Source: Myxococcota bacterium (GTDB taxonomy: Bacteria > Myxococcota_A > UBA9042 > PHBI01 > JAWLBL01). Taken from it: a stretch of DNA of 64,000 bases. Where the stretch lies: the NCBI GenBank assembly GCA_041687695.1, contig JAWLBL010000003.1, forward strand, positions 55,660 to 119,659, read 5' to 3'. This document shows, piece after piece, positions 48,514 through 56,981 of this stretch (position 1 is its first letter; every line of letters begins with the position of its first letter). Position numbers and translations under genes: made by a program. A model generated the notes under the pieces. The model did not search any database. It saw only the letters and a list, made by a program, of their open reading frames with translations, and was not told the DNA's origin.

Positions 48514-49029
48514 ATGATCCCGCTCCCGCGCCCCCGCCGGTTCGCCGCGACGCTCTTGGCCGTGCTGCTCGCCTTGCCCGCCTGCACGCGCACATTCCTG
48601 TACCGGCACGACAACCTGCCGCGCCTGACCGGGTCCCGCGCCCACATCCCCGAGCAGCCGGACGACGCGCCCGAGGCCTGGCCGGTCGACACCGTGCTCC
48701 TCCTCCACCGCCAGCGCGGCCGCGTCCCGCCGACCCCCGACGAGTGGCGCCGCTTTCAGGCCGGCCAGCTCGCCGACGTCGACGGCGCCGCCCTCGAGGT
48801 CTCGACCACCCCCCACGTCCTGCGCAACCACACCCTGCTCGGCGGCGCCATCGGCCTGGGCTTCGGGCTCGCCCTGGCCCTGCTCGTCGTCCCTGGCGAC
48901 CTCGAAGACGCGCTCGGCTTCCCGGCCGTCGCCATGATCGAGGGCGCCCTCCTCAGCGCCGCCGTCGGCGCCGTCGCCATGAGCGGCGAAGAGGACCGCC
49001 GCCTCGACGGCGCGGGGCCCCGCCCATGA
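48514..49029 (+). CDS. Lipoprotein with C-terminal glycine-zipper hydrophobic hairpin (paralog A)
   Basis: LPAC-TRTFLYR and LLGGAIGLGFGLALAL. Confidence 0.7.
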   Translation: MIPLPRPRRFAATLLAVLLALPACTRTFLYRHDNLPRLTGSRAHIPEQPDDAPEAWPVDTVLLLHRQRGRVPPTPDEWRRFQAGQLADVDGAALEVSTTPHVLRNHTLLGGAIGLGFGLALALLVVPGDLEDALGFPAVAMIEGALLSAAVGAVAMSGEEDRRLDGAGPRP

Positions 49030-49532
49030 CGCCCCGTCGACTGCGCGCCGCCGCCCTGGGGCTCGCCGCGCTGACCTGCGCGCCCGCCTGCCAGCGCACC
49101 TACCTCTACCGCCCCGCCGACTTGCCGCCCATCCGCAACGGCCACCTCATCGTGACCGAGCCGGACGGCGACCGCCTCGCGCTGCCGATCTCGCGCCTCG
49201 CCGTCGCCCGCGCCGGCCGCCCCTTCGCCGTCCCGCCCTCCGCCGACGATCTCCTGGCCCTGCGCGACGGCCTGCCCACGTCCATCCACACCGTCCAGCT
49301 CGACGTCGACGCCTCGGGCGAGGTCTGGACCGACTACGCCCTGGTCGGCGCGGGCCTCGGCGCCTCCCTCGGCGCCCTGCTGGGCCTGACCCTCGACGCC
49401 CGGGGCGATCGCCTCGGGCCCTTCACCCTCCTCATCGGCCTCACGGGCGCGCTCGACGGGCTGCTCCTCGGCAGCCTCGTCGGCGCCATCGCCGTGAGCG
49501 GCACCGAAGATCACCGCTTCGGCGCCCCGTGA
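49026..49532 (+). CDS. Lipoprotein with C-terminal glycine-zipper hydrophobic hairpin (paralog B)
   Basis: APAC-QRTYLYR and VGAGLGASLGALLG. ATGA overlap with paralog A. Confidence 0.7.
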   Translation: MTPRRLRAAALGLAALTCAPACQRTYLYRPADLPPIRNGHLIVTEPDGDRLALPISRLAVARAGRPFAVPPSADDLLALRDGLPTSIHTVQLDVDASGEVWTDYALVGAGLGASLGALLGLTLDARGDRLGPFTLLIGLTGALDGLLLGSLVGAIAVSGTEDHRFGAP

Positions 49533-49539
49533 ACCCCGG

Positions 49540-50163
49540 CTACTCGTAGCTGAAGTTCTCGTTGCCCCGGTCGGGCTCGCCGGTCTCGATCTGTCCGAAC
49601 GTGGGCTCGCTCGGCAGCCGCTCGACGAACATGGCCTGCGGCCCCTCGTCGCCGACCTCCTCCTTGTAGACGACGCGGTCGCCCACCTGCAGCGCGTCGA
49701 AGCCCCCCTCGCCGCGCACCGCGTTCTCGTGGAAGTAGACCTCGCGGCCCGACGCGCTCTCGATGAAGCCGTAGCGGCCGTCGTGCAGCAGCTTGCGCAC
49801 CACGGCGTGCATCTGCGTGTCGTGCTGCTTGGCCTCGCCGCGCTGCATGCGCCCGAACTCGCGCAGCTGCCGCTCCATCGCCGAGAACGCGTCCCGGATG
49901 GCCGCGTTGATGTCCTCGTGGTTGCGGTTGGGCGCCGGGTCGCGCCCGACGACCAGCTCGGCCCCCGGCACGGTGACGTCGATGCGGATGCGCAACGCGT
50001 TGCCGTGCTGCTTGCTCCGGTGCGGCGCCTCGACGGCGACCCGGCACCCGATGATGCCGTCGTAGAACTGCTCGAGCTTGCGAGCGCGCTCGCGGATGCG
50101 CTGCTCGACCGCCGGAGACGGCTCGCACTGGTGCCACGAGATTTCCAGAGGGATCTGCATCAT
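49540..50163 (-). CDS. HPF/RaiA ribosome hibernation factor fused to cold-shock domain
   Basis: MQIPLEISW...KLEQFYDGIIGCRV...AIRDAF, then YGFIESASGREVYFHENAV. GGAGG upstream. Confidence 0.92.
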   Translation of the reverse strand: MMQIPLEISWHQCEPSPAVEQRIRERARKLEQFYDGIIGCRVAVEAPHRSKQHGNALRIRIDVTVPGAELVVGRDPAPNRNHEDINAAIRDAFSAMERQLREFGRMQRGEAKQHDTQMHAVVRKLLHDGRYGFIESASGREVYFHENAVRGEGGFDALQVGDRVVYKEEVGDEGPQAMFVERLPSEPTFGQIETGEPDRGNENFSYE

Positions 50164-50291
50164 CGACCTCCTTCGGTAACCCTCGGCGGCGCGGCGCAGG
50201 CGCGCGACGACCACCGAGCCAACCGTAATCACGGAGGTTCCACCGATGACCCCGGCCCCGAACGCGGCCCGCGGCCCCGCCCCGGGCGCGC

Positions 50292-53048
50292 TCAGCCCCG
50301 GACCTGGTCCCAGCGCAGCCGCGTCCGCCCGTACAGCCGCACCCGCCGCAGCAGCACGTCCAACACCAGCAGCACCAACGCCAGATACAGCGGCAGGTGC
50401 CACTGCGGCGTGCGCTCGTCCACCGTCGCCCCGCCCGCGTCGAACAGGTGCGCCGGGCTGGGGTCCACGCGCCCCCCGGTCCGCTCCGCCAGATGCCGCA
50501 GCACCGCCGTGTCCGGCGCGCCGCCCGCGTGCTCGGTCGGGTAGGGCCAGGCCACCGTCGCGAAGCTGCGGTGCCGCGCGTCCGGGTCGGCCTTGGGCGC
50601 GTGCTCGCCCCGGACGGTGTACGGCCCGAACTGCGCCAGCTTCAGCTCGCCCTCGTAGCGCCCGGCGGCGGTCTGCCGCAGCGGCACCTGCGTCTCGGCG
50701 CCGTCGGGCGCGATCACCGTCACCCGGCTGTCGAGCCCATCGATGAAGCGGTCCTGCTCGTCGACCGCGTCGACCCCCACCACCAGCCGCCCGCGGTCCA
50801 CCTCGGCGACCATCTGGTAGGTCGGGTCCTCGGTCTCGCTGCGCATCGTGTCGCGGATGACCTGCCGCCACAGCTGCGCGTACCCCGGCCACGACAGCCA
50901 GTAGTGCGCCCACTTGTTCTTCACGTCGCTGGTCCACACCAGCACCTTGCCCAGCCCCAGCCGCCACCGCGCCAGCACCGGCTCGCCCAGGTGCGACGTC
51001 ATGATGACCTCGGCGCGCGGCTTGGCCCGCGTCGACGTGTAGCCCAGCAGCGGCGGCACGCGGTCCATCTGCAGGCCCTTGAACATCTGCAGCCCCCGGA
51101 AGCGCTTGCCGACCGTCGGCCGGAAGCGGTCCTCGACCAGGGCCCGCCGGCTGACCTCGCTCGTCTCCTTGAGGAACAGCTTCGGGATGTTGTCGGCCCG
51201 GTCGGTGTAGTAGTAGCGGCCGCCGCCCTCCTCGGCGATCTGCATCAGCAGCGCCGTGTCGCTGCCGGTGCCCGCGGCCACGGTCGAGATGGTGATGCGG
51301 TCCTGGTAGCTGCGCGCGACCAGCTCGAGGATGCCGGTCCGGTTGGCCTCGCCGTCGCTCAGCAGGATGATGTGCTTGATCTTGGCCTGCGTGGCCGCGA
51401 GCTGCTCGTAGGCCTGGTCCAGCGCCGGAAAGATCGCGGTCCCACCACCCGGCGAGATGGCGCGGATGGCGTCGGTGATGCGCAGCCGGTTGGACGCGCG
51501 CTGCAGCCGCACCACCGGCGTCGGCACCGTGTCGAAGGCGATGACGCCCAGCTTGTCCGAGGGCTGAAGCGCCTCCAGCGTCGCCCGCGCCGCCTCCTTG
51601 GCCAGCTCCATGCGGTTCTGCTGCGCCATCGACCCCGACCGGTCGATGACCAGCATCAGCGCGAGGCCGGGGATGTCCTCCTTCTTCTGCACGTCGAGCA
51701 GCACCGGCAGCACCTTTCGCTCGAGGTGCGTCCCGCCGTAGCCGCCCGGCCCGAAGGCGTTCTCGCCGCCGGCGAAGATGAGCCCCCCGCCCCCGCGCGC
51801 GTAGCCCTCGAGCACCCGCATCTGCTGGGCCGACAGGTTCTCGTAGCCCATCTCGCCCTGCCGCGGCACGTCGCTGATGAAGATGAGGTCGAACGCGTTG
51901 GCGTCCGCCAGCGTCGACGGCACGCCCCGCGCCCCGCGCAGCTCCACGGCGAAGTCCTCGGCCAGCGCCGTCACCAGGTTCTGCCGGAAGCGCTGCTCGC
52001 CCTCGACGTACAGCACCTTCGGCTTGTCGGGCACCCGCAGCGGCAGCTCGAAGCGGTTGTTGCTGGCGAACCGGTCCAAGGCCGGGTCCACGGGCGCGCA
52101 GGCGACGGCCACCCGCTTGTCGCCGCCCTCCTTGACCTTCACCTCCAGCGCCACGTCCGCGTCGCCCACCGCCAGGTCCAGCTCGCGCGTCGCCTCGATG
52201 AGCCCGTCCACCGTCAGCTCGCACTGGCCGGCCATGGCCCGCGTCGCCCGCACCTTGGCCGTCACCGTGAACGGGATGTTCGGCCGCGGCGCCTCCGGCA
52301 GCTCCAGCCCCACGACCATCAGCTCGGGCGGCCGCGGCAGCTCCCCCAGGTCCACCCAGTGCAGCGGGATCCCGAAGCGCGCCGCCGTCTCGGCCTCGGC
52401 CTCCGCCGAGCCCTGCGTCTCCAGCCCGTCGCTCATCACGACCACCCGCGCCAGCGCGTCGTCCGGCAGCAGGCTGAAGGCCAGGTGCAGCGCCCGCTGC
52501 AGATCCGTCGCCGCCCCCGCCTCACCCTCGAAGCGCGCCAGCGGCGGCACCCCCGGCGCGGGCGCCTCCCCCGGCGAACCGCCCGCCTTGACGCCCAGCG
52601 CCACCTCCCGCGCCTGCCCCGCGAACGTCACCAGGCGCACCACGTGCTCGCCGCGCCGCCGCCACGCCTGCTCGACCCGCTCGCGCGCCGCCGCCAACGC
52701 CTCGTCCGGCATCGACTCGCTGACGTCCACCACGAACACCGTCGCCGTGCGCACCGGCCGCGGCTCGACCTTCTCGACCCCCACCAGCGCCAGCGCCAGC
52801 GCCGCCACGAACCCGCCGCGCAGCACCAGCGACAGCGCCTGCTGCACCCGCGGCAGGTCGCTCAGCGTGTGCGCCCGCACCACGATGAACAGCGGCACCA
52901 CCATCAGCGCCCACAGGTACCGCGGGTCGGTCACCACCCACCCGGCCGCCTCGGCCCCCGCCAGCAGCCCCGGCCCCCAGGTCGCGGCCGCCTGCCACCC
53001 GCCCACCGCCAGCCCCAGCGCCAGCAGGTATTGCAGCGACCGCGCCAT
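50292..53048 (-). CDS. Large membrane protein with two VWA domains and a GATase-like domain
   Basis: MIDAS motifs VVDVSES and IDRSGSM, LLSDGE, AGGENAFGPGGY and ARWRLGLGKV. Confidence 0.88.
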   Translation of the reverse strand: MARSLQYLLALGLAVGGWQAAATWGPGLLAGAEAAGWVVTDPRYLWALMVVPLFIVVRAHTLSDLPRVQQALSLVLRGGFVAALALALVGVEKVEPRPVRTATVFVVDVSESMPDEALAAARERVEQAWRRRGEHVVRLVTFAGQAREVALGVKAGGSPGEAPAPGVPPLARFEGEAGAATDLQRALHLAFSLLPDDALARVVVMSDGLETQGSAEAEAETAARFGIPLHWVDLGELPRPPELMVVGLELPEAPRPNIPFTVTAKVRATRAMAGQCELTVDGLIEATRELDLAVGDADVALEVKVKEGGDKRVAVACAPVDPALDRFASNNRFELPLRVPDKPKVLYVEGEQRFRQNLVTALAEDFAVELRGARGVPSTLADANAFDLIFISDVPRQGEMGYENLSAQQMRVLEGYARGGGGLIFAGGENAFGPGGYGGTHLERKVLPVLLDVQKKEDIPGLALMLVIDRSGSMAQQNRMELAKEAARATLEALQPSDKLGVIAFDTVPTPVVRLQRASNRLRITDAIRAISPGGGTAIFPALDQAYEQLAATQAKIKHIILLSDGEANRTGILELVARSYQDRITISTVAAGTGSDTALLMQIAEEGGGRYYYTDRADNIPKLFLKETSEVSRRALVEDRFRPTVGKRFRGLQMFKGLQMDRVPPLLGYTSTRAKPRAEVIMTSHLGEPVLARWRLGLGKVLVWTSDVKNKWAHYWLSWPGYAQLWRQVIRDTMRSETEDPTYQMVAEVDRGRLVVGVDAVDEQDRFIDGLDSRVTVIAPDGAETQVPLRQTAAGRYEGELKLAQFGPYTVRGEHAPKADPDARHRSFATVAWPYPTEHAGGAPDTAVLRHLAERTGGRVDPSPAHLFDAGGATVDERTPQWHLPLYLALVLLVLDVLLRRVRLYGRTRLRWDQVRG

Positions 53049-55018
53049 CACACCGTCACCCGCCGGTTCCAGGTGACCCACTCCAGCGTCACCAGCGCCA
53101 GCGCCGCCAGCAGCAGCACCCGCCACAGGTGCTCCAGCCACGGGTTCACCGGCCGCGACCACGACGGCGGCGGCGTCCAGGCCGGGTACTCGCCGCGCGG
53201 CGCGATGCGGCTCTCCTCGGGGCTCATCAGGTTGACCGCCACCGGGACCCGCGCCTCGGCCGCCTCGCCCCGCAGCTCCCACACCCCGATGCGCTCCACC
53301 GAGAAGTGCGCCCGGTCGGCCACCTTGCGCGCCGCCCCCGCGGCCTCGCCCCCGGGCCCCAGCAGCGCCAGCCGCGTCCCCGCGTGCGGGAACGGCACCG
53401 CCAGCTCGACCCCGGCCCGGTTCGGCTTCAGCAGCCCGTCCTGCTCCTGGTAGAACCAGTTCAGGACGTTCACCACCAGCAGCGGGAACGCGTAGTTCAG
53501 AGGCAGCAGGCTCTTTCGCACGTCGAAGGCCACCATCGCGAAGGCCCGCCGCCCCCCGGCGTCCACCCGCGTCAGCACCAGCGGGCTGCCATCCTTCGCC
53601 GCCGCCACCACCTGGTCGCCCCGCTCGCGCCTCACCTTCGCCGCCTCGGCGATCGCCAGATCCACCAGCTTCAGGTGCCGCGCGATGGGGTGCTTGGCGT
53701 CCACCCGCCCGATCTCCGGCGCCTCCAGCCGCCCGCTCACGTCGAACGGCCCGTCCGGCCGCGGGTCCAGCACGAAGTACGCCCCGGGCCGCGCCATGTC
53801 GACCGACACCCCGTCCACCACGGTCACGTCGAAGCCCTCGGGCCCCCGGTAGTCCTCGGGCGCGACCACCGTGAAGTCGACGTTCTCGCGCACGAACAGG
53901 CTCGCGTGCAGGAACAGGTTCCCCTCGGTCACCAGCTGCACCTTCAGGACCCGCCGCTCGGGCACCAGGGCGAAGGCCACGTCGTCGCGCGCGAACACGT
54001 CGTGGGCCGCCTCGTCCGACGCCAGCTCGACCCGCGCCGCCAGCCGGCTGCCCGCGAACTTCACGTCGCCGATGACGTCCTCGAGCACGCCGCCCGCCGG
54101 CAGCTCCAGCGCGTGCGTGCCGACCAGCCGCCGGTCGTCCAGGAAGTCCTCGGGGCCGCGCCCCTCGTCGTTGGCGTACAGGAACAGGTTGGCCTTCAGC
54201 GGCCGGTCGCTCTCGTTTTTGACCGCGAAGAAGATGGCGTAGGTCAGGCTGTCGTCCAGGTAGGGCCGCACGTTGAAGCTCTGGAGCCCGACGTTGACCC
54301 GCTCGGCCGAGGGGGCCTCGCCCACCGGGACCACCTTCAGGGCCAGCGCCTGGGCGCGCTCGGCGGCGATGGGCGCGAAGGCGCGGTCGGTCACGAAGAC
54401 CACCTCGGCCTCGGCGCGGCCGGCGATGGCGGTCTCGGCCAGGCGCAGCGCGTCCTCGACCTGCGTCGGCGTGTCGGCCGGCGCGGCCACGGCGTCCACG
54501 GCGGCGTGCAGCCTCTTGCGGTCCGCGGTCCACAGGGCCAGCGGCCGCACGCGCGCGTCGACCTGCACGACCATGGCGCGGTGGTTCGGGTTGTCGCCCA
54601 GCTGGTCGATGACCCGGTGCGCCGCCTCGCGCGCCCGCTCGAGGCGCGTCAGGCCTCCCTCGAGCGCGGCCATCGAGGCCGAGGCGTCCATCAGGATGAG
54701 CGTGTGCCGCTCGGGCGGCGGCCTGGGCGGCTCGTACCCGCAGCCGGCCGCGGCCGAGCCGTCGCCCAGCGTGGGGTTGCCCAGGGCCAGCACGACAAGC
54801 GCCAGGATCGCCAGCTGCAGCAGCAGGCTGAGGACGCGCTTGAGCGCCCGGAACAGCGCCGAGGCCTGCCGCTCGCTGGTCACCCGCGCCCACAGCGGCC
54901 CGAAGGGCACCTCGACCTGCCGCCGCCGCAGCTTGAGCAGGTACAGGACCACCAGCGCCCCGCCGAACAGGCCGAACAGGGACAGCAGATCGCCCATGGG
55001 CAGGCCGGTGAAGGTCAC
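53048..55018 (-). CDS. BatA-like N-terminal + VWA domain membrane protein
   Basis: LYLLKLRRRQVEVPFGPLW, LLLQLAILALVVLAL, MDASASM and a C-terminal LEW motif. Confidence 0.88.
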   Translation of the reverse strand: MTFTGLPMGDLLSLFGLFGGALVVLYLLKLRRRQVEVPFGPLWARVTSERQASALFRALKRVLSLLLQLAILALVVLALGNPTLGDGSAAAGCGYEPPRPPPERHTLILMDASASMAALEGGLTRLERAREAAHRVIDQLGDNPNHRAMVVQVDARVRPLALWTADRKRLHAAVDAVAAPADTPTQVEDALRLAETAIAGRAEAEVVFVTDRAFAPIAAERAQALALKVVPVGEAPSAERVNVGLQSFNVRPYLDDSLTYAIFFAVKNESDRPLKANLFLYANDEGRGPEDFLDDRRLVGTHALELPAGGVLEDVIGDVKFAGSRLAARVELASDEAAHDVFARDDVAFALVPERRVLKVQLVTEGNLFLHASLFVRENVDFTVVAPEDYRGPEGFDVTVVDGVSVDMARPGAYFVLDPRPDGPFDVSGRLEAPEIGRVDAKHPIARHLKLVDLAIAEAAKVRRERGDQVVAAAKDGSPLVLTRVDAGGRRAFAMVAFDVRKSLLPLNYAFPLLVVNVLNWFYQEQDGLLKPNRAGVELAVPFPHAGTRLALLGPGGEAAGAARKVADRAHFSVERIGVWELRGEAAEARVPVAVNLMSPEESRIAPRGEYPAWTPPPSWSRPVNPWLEHLWRVLLLAALALVTLEWVTWNRRVTV

Positions 55019-55965
55019 CGCAGCAGCCCTCCCGCGCGGAACATCTTCAGGACCAGCTCCTCGAAGGGCTGCTGGGCCGACGTCCGGAAGTACGGCACCT
55101 GCCGCGCCTTGCAGAAGGTCTCCAGCTCGCCGCACCAGCCCTCGAAGGCCTGCCGGTAGCGCTCGAGCACCCGCGGCGTCACCGTGACCTCGCGCTCGGC
55201 GCCGGTCTCGCAGTCGACCAGCACCAGATCCCCGCGCAGCTTCGGGTCCAGCTCGCGCTCGTCGGTCAGGTGCAGCACGAACGGCTCGAATCGGTGATGG
55301 CGCAGCAGGTTCAGCCCCGCCTCGTAGCCGTCTGGCGCGTAGAAGTCGCTCAGCACGATGGCCAGCCCGCGCCGCCGCGTCGCGTGCACGAAGGCCTTGA
55401 AGGCGTCCTCCATGCGCGTCTGGCCCCCCGGCTCCAGCCCGGCCAGCAGCTCGAACAGCCTGAAGATCTGCGCCTTGCCGCGCGCCGGCGCCGTGCGCGT
55501 GCCCAGCGCCTCCGAGAAGGCCACCACGCTGACCCGCTCCATGCTGGACAGCGTCACGTACGCCAGCGCCGCCGCCAGCCGCCGCGCCTGGTCCAGCTTG
55601 GCCTGGTCCGGCGCCGCCATGGACGCCGACGCGTCGACCAGCAGGTAGACGTACAGGTCCTCCTCTTCCTCGTACTGGCGCAGCAGCAGCTTCCCCAGCC
55701 GCGCGTACACGTTCCAGTCGATGTTGCGGAAGTCGTCGCCCGGCGCGTACGAGCGGTGGTCGGCGAACTCCAGCCCCGCCCCCAGCTTCTTCGAGCGCCG
55801 CTCGCCGCGCGTCTGGCCCGCGTAGGCCTTCTTCGCGACGATGTCCAGGTACTCCAGCTTGGCCATGAAGGCCTCGTCGAACAGCGCCGCCTGCCGGGCC
55901 GCGCGGTCCGGGCGCCCCGGCGCGCGCCCCCGCGCCTTCGCCTTGCCGAACAGGCCGAAGGGCAT
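55015..55965 (-). CDS. DUF58 protein (VWA-like, MoxR-associated)
   Basis: EFADHRSYAPGDDFRNIDWNVYAR, LLVDASASM and LSDFY. Confidence 0.93.
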   Translation of the reverse strand: MPFGLFGKAKARGRAPGRPDRAARQAALFDEAFMAKLEYLDIVAKKAYAGQTRGERRSKKLGAGLEFADHRSYAPGDDFRNIDWNVYARLGKLLLRQYEEEEDLYVYLLVDASASMAAPDQAKLDQARRLAAALAYVTLSSMERVSVVAFSEALGTRTAPARGKAQIFRLFELLAGLEPGGQTRMEDAFKAFVHATRRRGLAIVLSDFYAPDGYEAGLNLLRHHRFEPFVLHLTDERELDPKLRGDLVLVDCETGAEREVTVTPRVLERYRQAFEGWCGELETFCKARQVPYFRTSAQQPFEELVLKMFRAGGLLR

Positions 55966-55968
55966 CGG

Positions 55969-56961
55969 CTAGGCCTTGTCCGAGGTGGCCTTCAGGATGG
56001 CGTCCAGCAGCGCGTCGGTCGACACCCCCTCGGCCTCGCCCTCGAAGTTGCGGATGATGCGGTGCCGCAGGGCCGGCCGCGCCACGTGCCGGATGTCGTC
56101 TCCCGACACCGCGAAGCGCCCACCCAGCACCGCCCGCACCTTGGCCGCCACCACGATGGCCTGCGCGCCGCGCGGCGAGGCGCCGAAGCGCACGTACCGC
56201 TTGACCGCGTCGGGCGCCTCCTTGCGGTCCGGGTGCGTCGCCTGCACCAGCCGGATCGCGTAGTCCTGCACGTGCCGCGCCACCGCCACGTCCATCGCCA
56301 GGTGACGCAGCGACATCACCCCCTCGCGGTCCAGCACGGGCTTGACCTCGGGCTCCTGCCAGCCGGTCGTGCGGTCCAGGATCGTGTGCAGGTCCTCGTG
56401 GCTGGGGAAGTCCACGTGCAGCTTGAACAGGAACCGGTCCAGCTGCGCCTCGGGCAGCGGGTAGGTCCCGTCCATCTCCAGCGGGTTCTGCGTCGCCAGC
56501 ACGAAGAACGGCTCGTCCAGCTGGTGCGTCGTCCGCCCGATGGTCACCGAGCGCTCCTGCATCGCCTCGAGCATGGCCGACTGCGTCCGCGGCGTCGCCC
56601 GGTTGATCTCGTCGGCCAGCACGATGTTCGCGAAGATCGGGCCCTTCTGGAAATCCAGCACCGTGTGCCCGCGCTCGTCCTGCACCGCCACCTTGGTGCC
56701 CGTGATGTCCGACGGCATCAGATCCGGCGTGAACTGGATGCGCGAGAACTCCAGCGCCAGCGCCCGCGCCAGCGTCCGCACCAGCCGCGTCTTGCCCAGC
56801 CCCGGCACGCCCTCGAGCAGTGCGTGCCCGCCCGCCAGCAGCGCCGTCACCACGCCCTCGACGATGTCCTGCTGCCCGACGATGACCTTGCCGATCTCCG
56901 CCTTCAGCCGCGCCGTCCGCTCCGCGAAGGCCTCCACCCGCTGCCGAACCTGCTCCTCCAC
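55969..56961 (-). CDS. moxR: MoxR family AAA+ ATPase
   Basis: HALLEGVPGLGKT, RIQFTPDLMPSDITG, LADEINRATPRTQSAMLEAMQE and GTYPLPEAQLDRF. Confidence 0.96.
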   Translation of the reverse strand: MEEQVRQRVEAFAERTARLKAEIGKVIVGQQDIVEGVVTALLAGGHALLEGVPGLGKTRLVRTLARALALEFSRIQFTPDLMPSDITGTKVAVQDERGHTVLDFQKGPIFANIVLADEINRATPRTQSAMLEAMQERSVTIGRTTHQLDEPFFVLATQNPLEMDGTYPLPEAQLDRFLFKLHVDFPSHEDLHTILDRTTGWQEPEVKPVLDREGVMSLRHLAMDVAVARHVQDYAIRLVQATHPDRKEAPDAVKRYVRFGASPRGAQAIVVAAKVRAVLGGRFAVSGDDIRHVARPALRHRIIRNFEGEAEGVSTDALLDAILKATSDKA

Positions 56962-56981
56962 ACGCCCTCCGCTCGCGCCCC

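Noticed and set aside
50292..54893. 1533-aa giant VWA protein, and similar apparent fusions (43699..46917, 45624..48692, 39834..43640)
   Set aside because: The upstream parts are off-frame read-through over neighbouring genes. Real starts with signal peptides or start/stop overlaps lie internally.
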